Assembly (NCBI GenBank): GCA_951406725.2
Contig: OX597833.1
Span: 31,992,001 to 32,056,000, forward strand
Direction: 5' to 3'
DNA length: 64,000 bases
Source: Octopus vulgaris
Taxonomy: Eukaryota
Of this stretch, positions 39,587-52,061 are shown piece after piece (position 1 is the first letter of the stretch; the number at the start of each line of letters is the position of its first letter). A model generated the notes under the pieces. It saw only the letters and a list, made by a program, of their open reading frames with translations. It made no database searches and had not been told where the DNA came from. Position numbers and translations under genes: made by a program.

Positions 39587-39930
39587 TGCTGCATACAACA
39601 GACCTGACCTGACAAAATCGTTCAGAATTGGTTGAGCAATGGCATTAATGGGAAGGACAATGGTTACGTATATAGGCTGGACAACAGCTGACACTCAGAC
39701 AACTCCTTTACTCCCACCTTTTCCGACGTGACAAAGTGGTATGACAGAGCCACTATAAAGTCAGACAGTCAGTCGTTGTAGGAGGTCAGTAGTTGTAGAA
39801 TCGTTGTACGAGTTCTCAGTTGGAGTCAGTGTCAGTTACGTGATATATACGAGTTCGAGTTACGTTTCAAAGTCAGCCATAGCATGATAGACGAGTCAAA
39901 GTTAATAAGACGCGGAATATCGCCACAACA
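39587..39930 (+). mobile_element. Possible solo LTR
   Basis: TGCTG...CAACA imperfect inverted ends, TATAAA near 39754, AATAA near the 3' end; no TSD found. Confidence 0.3.
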
Positions 39931-39944
39931 CTTCCTTTCTAGGT

Positions 39945-41020
39945 AGGTGTAATCATGCTACTGCTGCCCTTGGTTGATTTTAATGTTTGGTAAATGGATG
40001 GATGCCTTCGCTGTTGACTACCTGTTTCCTTGTCATGACTAATATTACACACTTACCTATGCCAAATTTCATGCCTATATCTTTGCTGAAGAGTCTTACA
40101 GTATGTATTAAGGAATCTATCTCTTTTTCATCCTTACTAAAAAACTTCAGATCATCCACGTAGAGCAACTGGCTAATCTTTCCATTACTATTTCTGAACT
40201 GATATCCTGCCTTTGCCTTCCTTAATACTAAACTGAGGAGATCTAATGTAAGACAAATATTAAAGGAGACAATGAGTTCCCTGGAAAATTCTTCTTTTGA
40301 TATTAACTTTCCCCAATAGTGTGTCATCTGAGTATAGATCTGCTTTCCATTTCTTCATGCTACAGATAATGAATTCTCTTATGTTGTCTGTTATACTGAA
40401 TATACTCAAAACATTCACTTATCCATGAGTGTGGGATCATGTCATAGGCTTTCCTATCATCTATCCATGCTATTGTTAGATTCCTTTTATATAGCTTTTT
40501 CTTAGAACTGCTTTGTCTATATATAATCGACCAAGCGTTCCTCTAGCCTTCTTCCAGTAACTTTTCTGTTCTTCTGGTAGTAAATTCTGGTTGTCAAAGT
40601 GCGTTTAACCGCTTTCTGAAAGCATTCCTGCTAACAACTTCCACACTAATGGTAAGCAATAGCTATAGTTGCTAGCTGTATTATCCTTGCTCTTATCCTT
40701 CATAATGAGTATTGTCCTCCCTCTAGTCATCCAATCTGGTATTATTCCCCCATTAAGGCAATCGTGAAGTTGTTCCCTCAGCCTCCCATGTAAACTACTG
40801 AATTACATTAGCCAGTACCCTTGAATTAAATCTGGTCCGAGGTTCTTCCAATTCGGCATTTTTCCTAACACTTTACTCATTAATGCACTAGTTAATCTTA
40901 GATCTGGCTGCTCCTCACTCACTACTTTCTTTAACCATACTACATCCCCATATGATTGACTGTTTTATCCCAAATGTTACTCCAGAACTTTCTAGCTTAC
41001 TTTGAATTAGGTTTCCCATC
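39945..41020 (-). pseudogene. Degenerate R4/Dong-like non-LTR retrotransposon RT fragment
   Basis: GPDLIQGYWL, IPDWMTRGRTILIMKD, WIDDRKAYDMIPHSW and QLLYVDDLKFFSKDEKEIDSLIHTVRLFSKDIGMKFGIGKC. Confidence 0.8.
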
Positions 41021-41276
41021 TCAATAGAGGCGATTGATTGGTTAAAATTCGAAAAATTAAACTACGTTAAACTTACAAATTACAATTTTCTCAAGAAAGC
41101 CAAGAGAAAAAAATGTTTTGACACATTCTACCAGTATACGAAGTTTAAAAGTGTTTAGTTAACTAGAAATTGTGTTGAAAACTGCCGTTCAAAAGGAAAA
41201 GATCCAATATACATTCTTTCATATATCTTTCCCTGACTAGAAAAGCTTACTTAGTTTATTGTGAAAAGAAATGAGC

Positions 41277-41373
<97 letters not shown>

Positions 41374-41956
41374 AGTGAAAGAGAAAGCGTAACAGTAAAT
41401 ATAAGATTGAGAGACACAAGTGGCTTGTATACTTACTTCCCTACATAAAATTCCATTCATTAGCAGCAGTATTACGATGGTATTACTAATGGCTCGTTAA
41501 TTAAAAAACACATTGATTGACGTAACCTTGAAACGACGAGAAATGACTAGAAATAGACTAGCACAATCAATCTTCTTAGTAATCTGTGTTAGATACTGAC
41601 ACAACATACTTCACATACTATGTTGATGATAATGGCGGTGATAGTAGTGGTGGAAGTGGCAATACTGGTAGTAGCTTATAGCGGTGGTGATGATAATAAT
41701 TATGATGGTTGTGGTTCATGATATCATCACTGTTGAGAGTAGTGATTAATAGAGATAGTAGTGGCGATGGTGGCGGTATTGGTAGGGTCTTGGTGGTGCT
41801 GCTGGTGATGTTGAGTGTCATTATTTTTTGCTCTTGTTATTCATGTCGTGGTGGCGGTGTTGATGAAGACGGTGATAAAGTTGGTAGTAGTAGTGGCGTT
41901 GGTATTGGTGGTGGTTGCATTAGTGGTACGAGATAGTAGGGGTGATAGTTGTTTGC

Positions 41957-42780
41957 AGAGGTGGGCACTGTTAATCGAAAAGTTAACTTCGTTAATCGTT
42001 AATCCGTTAATTCTTTGAAAATTTAACAGAAGTTAACGTTAATTCGTTAACATAAACTTTTATTGACAAAAGGCATAACTACAGTTTATACCCCACCGAC
42101 TTTGTTGCCTCGTAAATTTCCAGAGAAAGGGATACTTTTTAACGTAACTTTCACCTGTAGATTGAGTGTATGTAAAGATCTGATAGAAAAAAAATTCCGA
42201 AAGACTGGGGAGAGAAATTTCGGAAAATTTACAGGACCCGACATTTTCTCCCTCATAACTTTCTGGAAAATGAGTATTTTTTAATGAAATTTTATACAAA
42301 TATCTTTCAAACGGTGTAGATTACGATTACAAAGAAATTTGTAGGCAAAATATTTGGAAGAGGGGAGTGGGAGGAGTTTCTGGAAAACGGAGTTTCGAAT
42401 CAGACAGCCCATATAAGTTGGAATTTCTCCGTTTTGACGGGGATCTTTTCCAATATTTTTCACTAAATTCTTTGGAATGATGGGAGACATCTTTTCACGA
42501 AAAAAAAATAATTTTGAAAATTCATTATTTTTTTACTATTCCACCCTAGTCCGAAACGATTTTGGCCATTTTTTTTCACTACGCACTGAAAACCCGCGAG
42601 AGAAACATTTTCGGTTAAAAAAAAAAATTGTTAATAATTTCAGGGGAAAATGTGTGATTTAAGGGAGATCTGGCTGTTGTTTCTAGCACATCCCCAAACC
42701 TCTCTCCTCGTTTCTTTCTCACTCACGCATCTGCTGATATTTTTCAATATTTTTCTCCCCATAAACAAATTTTATGGAAT
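41957..42780. mobile_element. DNA-transposon-like remnant (hAT-like end with GTTAA subterminal repeats); distal part related to 12500-13025
   Basis: CAGAGGTGGGCA followed by multiple GTTAA repeats; 42430-42780 and 12500-13025 share GTTTTGACGG..., GTGATTTAAGGGAGAT..GCTGTTGTTTCTAGCACATCCC and TTTTTCAATATTTTTCTCCCCATA. Confidence 0.45.
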
Positions 42781-43149
42781 AATGATGTCAAAGTAATACA
42801 CGTGTAGTCCTAACCGAGCAAGACCATGTTAAGCGTGTGTGTGTAAGAAAAGAACACACCTAAAAACATCTTTAGTGTTCATATTAATATGTCAAATGTA
42901 ACGCCTATTCGCGTTATTTTGAATTATTCATGTTCAAGAGGGTGTCCACAATATTCGCTTGTAACTTAGTAAATTTCCTATATACAGATATAAAATTTTG
43001 TCTGTGGGTGCTTTATATACCACTGGTTTATAGTTATGTAATTTTAGCTGATCTTGCTGAGTAAATTTGACTTTTATGGGCAAATAAATTTAATTAACAG
43101 GTGTAAAAGCAATAACATTATGAATAAACACTAAAATTGAAATTTTTAA

Positions 43150-43630
43150 TGCATCTTACCTGTTTGATTTGTTACTAAAATTATCCCAAATCATTATATC
43201 AGGTCTGTTGTGCTTACATTTCATTGAGGTCCTCACTGGGACATTCCACCAGTACCATACTGTACATACTGTAGGTTCTTATTTTTTGTTCTCGGGGTTA
43301 TCCTTCCGATGGATTTCATTATAGAATGTCCTAGCTACTATATCATGTCTCATCGGTATATAACACCGTGATGACATTTTCGGACAACTGCTTACGATGA
43401 GGGTGATATCTTTAGTGTTAACTCCACAAAGTCTGCATCGATTGTCACATTTTACTGCTTTTCCTGTATCTCTATCCCTTTTGTGCATAAAGTATTTGGT
43501 TGATATTTTCTGTTCCTGGATTGCAAAGTGGGAGGTAGTATTGGTCCATGAAAGACTACTTTGATGATTAATGTTACTATCAACTCAGAGTTTTATGCTA
43601 ACATATCCATGCATAGTCTTCTGTTCATTT
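43150..43630 (-). pseudogene. R4/Dong-like C-terminal zinc knuckle and restriction-like endonuclease fragment
   Basis: FAIQEQ, CRLCG...IVSSCP...RHDIVAR and WWNVPV...HNRPDIMIWD. Confidence 0.75.
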
Positions 43631-43739
43631 GATGATACGTTGCGGTAGAGTCTTGCGACATCCTTGTCTAATTTTATCTATCGACGCCCCATCCCCAACA
43701 AACAAAACAAAACAAAACAGAACGCTACTTGTATCAAGA

Positions 43740-44090
43740 AAGCATCATCGTCCCACTCACCCTTTAATCATGAGCAGCATGCAACACGAGCTTCCCAAGC
43801 GCTCTCAATATTGGACCTCACAATTACTGCTGACCTTTCTTGGCACATCCTTAATATAGCTAGGTGTGCATCCCAGCAACTGGTCCTTCACTTCAGGGCC
43901 TGAAAATATTTCAGCCTCTAATTCCTGGCACACAACAAAGCTTAGGTGAAGTCTTCGATGGGGTATTGTTCGCACATCAAGAACACTGTCGCTGACGCTG
44001 CACATTCAGACGTCCAGGGGTAGGCCACTCGACTGACGGGCATAAAGTCACTTATAGACACACTCCAGTCTTTATCACACAGGCCATTTA
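43740..44090 (+). pseudogene. CR1/Jockey-group LINE RT C-terminal fragment
   Basis: LSILDLTITADLSWHILNIARCASQQLVLHFRA*KYF, followed by a degenerate YCSHI motif. Confidence 0.6.
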
Positions 44091-44342
44091 TGAGACGCAA
44101 CATTAATTGCTATGGTTGGCCATTCCACCTCAAAAATTTGGTTCTCTGAATTTTCCTACCTCTTCATGTCTTTCTTAGAACGCTGATTTGCAAAGGCTCA
44201 AAAGGAAGATTAACTGGTTAAAGGGCCAGTAAAAGCCATAGGCACTACCTCTTCTTTAAGATACAGTTAGTAAAAAAAAAACAAAAACAAAACAAACCTT
44301 ATCGTCTTGAAAGAAAGGCACGTGCACACAAATTCTCCTCCG

Positions 44343-44384
<42 letters not shown>

Positions 44385-44554
44385 CACTTCCCCTCTGGGT
44401 TTAAATCCTGTCTGACTTCCATCTTTTCGAGTCAATGAAGTAACACTCCAGGGTAGTGGATTGGTAAATTGTTAAAGAACAGAAATGATAGAGAGAAGAA
44501 AGAAGAAATTAATGAGATAGTGGTTCTCGTGTATCTGGAGTGGGGAATCTTTAC

Positions 44555-44866
44555 CTATAAATCAAATAGTTTAGCTTGAGATGTTGTCTGGAATGTTTGA
44601 GGGTGTAGTAGATGTAAGCAGTATCCCATTGGACGTTTCTTTTGAGTCTTGTAGAATTTGTTCCAGCTGTTTGCGTTAACCAACTTGAGTGATAGACTTA
44701 ATCCGTTGCCCGGTTTAACAACATAACCTAATCCTTGGGTACCTTTAACGGAGTTCACTTAGTTGCAAGCATTCAGGTTATGCTTTCGGTTTGAGAATGA
44801 CTTCCTCTCTTCTTACAAGAAGCCTTAAAAGATAAAGGTTCATACGCGTTGACCTTCCTTTCCTCA
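44555..44866 (-). other. Candidate non-coding (5' UTR or lncRNA) exon, 312 nt
   Basis: Minus strand long T-rich tract TTTGTTTTGTTTTTCTTGTTTAG| at 44867 and donor TAG|GTAAAG at 44554; unique-looking sequence with stops in all three frames. Confidence 0.35.
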
Positions 44867-45302
44867 CTAAACAAGAAAAACAAAACAAATGAAAAAAAGA
44901 GAGATATATAAACAAATCCAACAAACATGCAGCCAACTCGTGAACAACACAAGGCTAATGCAAACAGTCTTTGACAACAAAGTATTCAGTCCGACATTCA
45001 ACCGATTCTGATAATCTATCGTAGTGTTTTATAGCCGATATAATCTAATCCAGTGTTTCTCAACTATTTTGTCTTTCGTTCCATTGCGATTGCTGAAAGA
45101 ACGTACTCACCCCACGTGAACAAAGAATATAACACATACACATGTGTATACATACATTCATACATACATACATACATACATACATACATACATACATACA
45201 TACATACATACATACATACATACATACATTCATACATACATGCATGCATGCAATCATACATACATACATTCATGCATACATACATACACACATACATACA
45301 TA

Positions 45303-46571
45303 CGAGGGGCGTTCAATAAGTAATGCCCCTGACCCACTTACAGTTGTTTGATCTAGCTGAAATTTTGCATGTGCACTTATTTATACCTCTATAGATTAAG
45401 TGGCGAATTACAGCTCTGAACTAATTGTGGTTTCTGATTTACAGGTGTTTGAACTGAGTCAAGTGTGAAATGGAGCCTGTTGAGTGTCGAGCAGTGATCT
45501 GGTTTTTGTATTTGAAAGGACGCACACCACGGGAGACTTTTGATGAAATGAAAGTAACTTATGGTGATGATGCCCCATCATATGACCTTGTAAAACGCTG
45601 GCATTGTGAATTCAAACATAGTCGGAACTCTGTGGAAACAGCTCCCAGATCTGGTCGCCCCTTCTGCCGTTGATGAGACGTCTGTCCGTGAAGTTGAAGC
45701 TGCCATTTTGGAAGGTCAACGCATAACTATTCGCCAAATAGCCCATAAGGTCAAGATTAGTACCGGGTCTGTGGAAACTATCATTCATGACCATTTGCAT
45801 ATGCAAAAGGTGTCTGCCAGATGGATTTCCAGGTTGCTCACACCTTTCCAGAAGCAAGAACGCGTTGAGTGCTCGAGGATGAATTTGGAGATGTGCCAAG
45901 AAGATGAGTCAAAATTTTTCAAATGACTGATCCCACAGGATAAAACCTGGGTCCATCACTATGATCCATAGACCAAAGCCCAGTCAGTGCAGTGAAAGCA
46001 CCGTGACTCACCTCCTCCAAAGAAGGCAAGGGTGCAGCCCTCCGCTGACAAGGTTATGCTCACAGTCTTCTGGGACCAGGACGGAGTAGTGATGACAGAT
46101 TTCCTGGCAAAGGGTACCACAATTACAGGAGCCTATTATGCTTCACTTTTGAGGAAATTAAGAGAAGCTATCAAAATCAAGAGGCGGGGCAAGATCAGCA
46201 AAGGCATCCTCCTCCTGTAGGACAACGCTCCGGTTCACAACTCGCGTGTCGCCAGATCAGAAGCACAGGCGTGCAGCTATGAACTCCTCCCCTTGCACCC
46301 TCTGATTTTCACCTCTTCCCAGCCATGAAGTTGATTTTGAAAGGAAAGCATTTCCCAGATGATGCAGCCTTGATTTCTGAAGTCACGTCGTGGTTGTAGG
46401 ACCAAGCTGGGGTCTTCTACAAAAACGGTCTCCAGAGCTGTATCAAACGATGGGAGAAATGCATAACTCTGGGTAGTTCCTATGTAGGAAAAGACTAATA
46501 ACTGTGCCAAGTGTCGTTGCTCTACTGCTATGGGAAGTGAGTCAGGGGCATTACTTATTGAACGCCCCTCG
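45303..46571 (+). mobile_element. Full-length mariner transposon with a defective transposase (about 45470-46500)
   Basis: Perfect 31 bp TIRs CGAGGGGCGTTCAATAAGTAATGCCCCTGAC (45303-45333 / 46541-46571), TA TSD inside (TACA)n; peptides KVSARWISRLLT, DKTWVHHYDP, KVMLTVFWD, DNAPVH; several stops and frameshifts. Confidence 0.95.
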
Positions 46572-46984
46572 TACATACATACATACATACATACATACAT
46601 ACATACATACATACATACATACATACATACATACATACATACATACATACACACACACACGCACATACATACATACATACATACATACATACATACATAC
46701 ATACATACATACATACATACATACATACATACATACATACATTCATGCATTCACGCTTAGATATGCTAGTGGATACTTGCAACTGGAGACACTCAAAGAA
46801 GCAGAAACCTAAATTTAGCGATTCCAAAGCCGGTGTTCGACGCTTTTCGCCTGCTATTGATATACTTGTGTGCTTTTTAGCATTATACATCTATACCAGA
46901 TGCTTTCTTGAGATGAAAACCACAGCTTTATGGCTTTCTGCAGTATGTGCCAGTATATCCAAGTTAAGTAATCTATACAGAATG

Positions 46985-47029
<45 letters not shown>

Positions 47030-47147
47030 TGTAGTTAAATAATGATAATAATGAAATTATTGTATACAGTGCCATTTTATTTCTAGTATGTGCGGCGCTA
47101 TTCATTAGTGCCCTTATTATTATAATTATATTTCTATAATATATATA

Positions 47148-47680
47148 TATATTATATTAAATTAGAGATAAAACCACTATTAGGCAAATCATACAAAGAA
47201 AAACTTAAGCCAATACATAAGATTAATTAATTTATATTATTTTAAATATATATCAAAATTATTAAAAAAAGATAATTAGTATAACACTACGATCGTTTCA
47301 TGGCTGTCCAATTCGTAAAAATTCGAGTTACAGTCATTCTTCAGGTGATTGAAATATTTAACTTGGCGAGGTTTAAATATTTAAATATTTCAATCACCTG
47401 AAGAATGACTGTAACTCGAATTTTTACGAATTGGACAGCCATGAAACGATCGTAGTGTTATACTAATTATCTTTTTTTAATAATTTTGATATATATTTAA
47501 AATAATATAAATTAATTAATCTTATGTATTGGCTTAAGTTTTTCTTTGTATGATTTGCCTAATAGTGGTTTTATCTCTAATTTAATATAATATAATATTT
47601 TACTATAAAATTGGATTCAATCCTAAATCTGATTTTTCCCTGTAAGTTTGGATTTATTCCCTAATATTTTATTATATATA
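47148..47680. mobile_element. PLE-like fold-back element: 214 bp inverted repeat arms (47148-47361 / 47381-47594), each containing a hammerhead
   Basis: Arms appear to be exact reverse complements with a 19 nt spacer; the right arm continues ~85 bp to a TA tract. Confidence 0.85.
47395..47457 (+). ncRNA. Type I hammerhead ribozyme motif (mirror copy on the minus strand at 47285-47347)
   Basis: CAC-CTGAAGA-ATGACTGT...ACAGCCAT-GAAA-CGATCG-TA-GTG; palindromic stem III, short stem I, A-U at position 10.1-11.1. Confidence 0.7.
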
Positions 47681-47699
47681 TATATATGTATATATATAG

Positions 47700-48047
47700 T
47701 GGCACTCCATCGGTTACGACGACGAGGGTTCCAGTTGATCCGGTCAACGGAACAGCCTGCTCGTGAAATTAACGTGTACGTGGCTGAGCACTCCACAGAC
47801 ACGTGTACGCTTAACGTAGTTCTCGGGAAGATTCAGCGTGACACAGTGCGTGACAAAGCAGGAAGAAAGAGTGAGAGAAAGTTGTGCTGAAAGAGTACAG
47901 CAGGATTTGTCACCACCCACTGCCGGAGCTTGTGGAGCTGTTAGGTGTTTTCGCTAAATAAACACGCACAACGCTCGGCCTGGGAATCGAAACCGCGATC
48001 CCACGACTGCAAGTCCGCTGTCCTAACCACTGGGCCACTGCGCCTCC
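47700..48047 (-). mobile_element. tRNA-derived SINE, family C
   Basis: Head GGAGGCGCAGTGGCCCAGTGGTTAGG...GGTTTCGATTCCC (A and B boxes); 3' half shared with 56900-57064. Confidence 0.8.
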
Positions 48048-48152
48048 ACACACACACATACACACACACGCACACGCATACACACACGCACTCGCACACA
48101 CGCACACACTCACACACACTCACTCACACACGCACACACACACATATGTACA

Positions 48153-48333
48153 GGGGTGGCTATGTGGTAAGAAGGTTGCTTCCCAACCACATGGTTCTGA
48201 GTTCAGTCCTCACTGCATGGTATCTTGGACAAGTGTCTTCTACTATAGTCTTGGGCCGACCAAAGCCTTGTGGGTGCATTTGTTAGACGGAAACTAAAAG
48301 AAGCCTGTCGTATATATGTATATATATACATAT

Positions 48334-48381
<48 letters not shown>

Positions 48382-48556
48382 CTGTGTTTGTCCCCCCTCC
48401 ATCGCTTGACAACTGATGTTGGTGCGTTTACGTCCCTGTAACTTAGTGGTTCGGCAAAAGAAACCAACAGAATAAGTACTAGGGTTACAAAGAATAAGTC
48501 CTGGGGTCGATTTGTTCGACTGAAGGCGGTGCTCCAGATGACTAAAACCAGTAAAA

Positions 48557-48560
<4 letters not shown>
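48153..48560 (+). mobile_element. Family-A SINE, full length, with internal (TA)n(TG)n
   Basis: GTGGCTATGTGGTAAG A box-like, GAGTTCAGTCC B box-like, then CTTGGACAAGTGTCTTC and a tail shared with 234-420. Confidence 0.8.
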
Positions 48561-48620
<60 letters not shown>

Positions 48621-49053
48621 CCAAAAGTATATATACGCCGCTATATGTATATATATAAAAAAATAAAAACAAAGAAATGAAACAAGAACGTAAAAGTCGA
48701 CAACAAAACATCCAGACAGTTGGCTGATACAATGAAGGACAGGAAAAAAACAAAAACAAAAGACAAAAACAAGGGCGGGTCATTCGGCGCCTTCTATCTT
48801 CAGAGGCATCCCTGACAAGTAAGCATCTCCCAAGCCGAACTCCCAGCTCTTCGGTGCATATACTAGCGCCGAGTTAATCGAATGTAATCCAGTCACAAAC
48901 TTTCAGGTGCCAATGTTAGTAAATCAGTATTATACTGAGGTTAGATCAGTGTGTCTCAAGGTGGGGCGTGGAAGTATTTTCGTGCGAGATGGGTTACATC
49001 AGAAGGGGACATAAGTACGTAACAAGAGCAGTAATGATTTAATCTTTTGATGA

Positions 49054-49117
<64 letters not shown>

Positions 49118-49121
<4 letters not shown>

Positions 49122-50292
49122 TCAGTAATAATATAGGGTGAAATTAATTAATTTGGAATAATCATTAATTTCACCAAGTAGATTTCGGCATGTAAAAGCC
49201 TCATTCGAGGAAAGTTTAAGTAATACTAAGTAATTAAGGGTTTAGCAACGATTTGCCTCACCACACACCGAATTTAGAAATAGCAGTCAAAGAGTTATAG
49301 CTATTCTTTCTACTAAAAGGGAGATCTCAGTAAAACCACAGCACTTGAAAGGCAAACACAGACAGGCAAGAGAGAAAGAAATGACGGCAATCTATCATAC
49401 AATTTTAAGTCACCTACGGACGTACGTTTCCAAATTAAGTTTTAAGAAAGCATAAGAATTAGATAATTATGTCTTACCCAACTTCTTTTCTCATCAGCGT
49501 AGGACACTACAATTATGAATAATTGAGAGAAAGAAATGACGGCAATCTATCATACAACTTTTGTATGTCTTCTTGCCTGTCTGTGTTTGCCTTTCAAGTG
49601 CTGTGGTTTTACTGAGATCTCCCTTTTAGTAGAAAGAATAGCTATAACTCTTTGACTGCTATTTCTAAATTCGGTGTGTGGTGAGGCAAATCGTTGCTAA
49701 ACCCTTAATTACTTAGTATTACTTACACTTTCCTCGAATGAGGCTTTTACATACCGAAATCTACTTGGTGAAATTAATGATTATTCCAAATTAATTAATT
49801 TCACCCTATATTATTACTGATAACCATATTTCATCCCAGTAAATGACCACAACATCTTGTCTTGGCTACACGCTGGTGGGAAGGGGTTGGTGACACAAAC
49901 TTTCATTCACACTTTGAATTTGGTGATACTGGTAACGGTTTTAGCTCGCTCTGATACTGAGTTGAGATGATGCCTTCTAGTATCTCGAAATTTAATATAC
50001 AATTATTCATAATTGTAGTGTCCTACGCTGATGAGAAAAGAAGTTGGGTAAGACATAATTATCTAATTCTTATGCTTTCCTAAAACTTAATTTCGAAACG
50101 TACGTCCGTAGGTGACTTAAAATTGTATGATAGATTGCCATCATTTCTTTCTCTCTTGCCTGTCTGTGTTTGCCTTTCAAGTGCTGTGGTTTTACTGAGA
50201 TCTTCCTTTTAGTAGAAAGAATAGCTATAACTCTTTGACTGCTATTTCTAAATTCGGTGTGTGGTGAGGCAAATCGTTGCTAAACCCTTAAT

Positions 50293-50296
<4 letters not shown>
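49118..50296. mobile_element. PLE-like element with one inverted and two direct partial terminal repeats, between (TA)n tracts
   Basis: 49118-49370 is the reverse complement of 49572-49824; 49230-49526 is the reverse complement of 50000-50296; contains HHR copies on both strands. Confidence 0.85.
50022..50112 (+). ncRNA. Type I hammerhead ribozyme with a long stem II insert (mutant mirror copy on the minus strand at 49413-49503)
   Basis: CCTACG-CTGATGA-GAAA...(60 nt domain)...TTTC-GAAA-CGTACG-TC-CGTAGG; fully canonical core, 6 bp stem I, predicted cleavage after GUC at 50106. Confidence 0.85.
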
Positions 50297-50326
<30 letters not shown>

Positions 50327-51474
50327 AAGGCAAAAAAAATGGAATAAGAACGTAACAGGCGACGACAAAACATCCGGACAACCTTTCCATCCTCTTTTAC
50401 CTCCCTTGTACCTTTCTCTATGTTCCTTTCCTTTCTTTTCCTCTCTTTCTCATCCCTTCCTAATTTTTCAATCCCTTTGCCCCTACCTCTCTACCCTCCT
50501 TCCACGTGACCGGTGTTCCGCCAATCCTGTCTTTCTTGGTTCGACTTCAATCCGTGTAGCGTCTCATATTCCTTCCCATGACTTTCATCTCTTATGTTAC
50601 TGCCGTAAGACTTCACTCCACACACGCCAGCTTAATTTAATTCGTCCTCAGTCGAAAGACTCTTCTTGTTACTGTCTTGTTTGTATTTGTAATTTTGTGT
50701 ACCTTTTCTCCGTTTTTCGTCCTTGTTTTCGTATACATTCACTTGCTTTCTTCCAAAGAATCTAGTGCTCTGAGCTTAGAATTTCTTGGGGCCGGCCAGA
50801 TTGGAGCAGTCTCGAGTGTAACCGGCCGAAACTGCAGAGATGATCTGGAACTAGGCGTGTTGTTAAAAGCTTGTGAAGTGTAATCGGTAGCCGGCGTCCA
50901 GTGGAATGGTCGGCAGCTCAGGTCAGTGAAACAGTTTCCTTCACTAGATACAGGCAGAATATTGTGGAAGAGAGCGTGCAGCGTGACACGGCGCACAAAG
51001 TGTTGGACCGGGTCCGAAACTCGTAGCTGGATGGAGTGAGTGGTATGAAACGGGGATCCCTACAAAGGAGAGAACGTTCGGTTTCAGAGAAAAGAAGATC
51101 AGGAGGAATAGTAACAAGAGTGAAGGAGAGAGGTGTGGGAGGAGGTGAATGGGGGTGGGAAAGGATTGGTGGAGGCGTCGGGTGGGACAGGATTGAAGTT
51201 TGCAGTGTTTAGTGTGGGCAAGAAAGTTGTGGAGATGTTCTTTCTTTCTGAGTAAACATTTGCTCTCGCATAAAATATTGTACACCCCACTTTAAAAAGA
51301 AAGCTTACGTCTATTTGATACTGGTTTTAACAATGAGGTTAGGATTTTAGAAGAGATTGTTGAGATGAGGTGAAGTGGTGCTCTAGCTCGTATGCGATTG
51401 AATGAGTTTCATTTTGTAGATATGCAGTTCCTCTCTGTCTGTCTGTGTCACACACACGCTCTCTCTGTGTCTCT

Positions 51475-51537
<63 letters not shown>

Positions 51538-51555
51538 ACCTTTAAATAAATAATA

Positions 51556-51613
<58 letters not shown>

Positions 51614-51640
51614 ACCTTTAAATAAATAAAATTTATCTCT

Positions 51641-51692
<52 letters not shown>

Positions 51693-51694
51693 GT

Positions 51695-51788
<94 letters not shown>

Positions 51789-52061
51789 ATATTGCCTTTA
51801 TTATTAGTAGACAGTACACTACCTATGTTGAAAGATGAGTTGTGGAATTCTTTTAAACTAATATCGCTCATGTAACAATGAATTTGGTCTTGTGTTCCTT
51901 ATCTACTTACGTAAAAGGAGGTACGGTACGGTACCAGGTTATTTAATCTATACAATTTAGCTCTTTAAATATCAGCAATTACGTTCGACTGTCTGCTACT
52001 AGTGTTTAATACTGTCTGCTCCTGTAATTTCCCATTATTTTTAGTTTCTGATTTAACCACC

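Noticed and set aside
43150-43165. Consensus minus-strand splice donor CAG|GTAAGA
   Set aside because: It lies at the edge of a decayed R4/Dong fragment and I found no convincing paired acceptor.
47974-48047. tRNA-like sequence with A and B boxes
   Set aside because: The acceptor stem does not pair and the sequence continues into a SINE body, so it is a SINE head and not a tRNA gene.
50330-51290. ORFs of 63-119 aa in a repeat-like island
   Set aside because: No recognisable motifs. The start resembles 48670-48720, so it is probably a non-coding repeat that I cannot classify.
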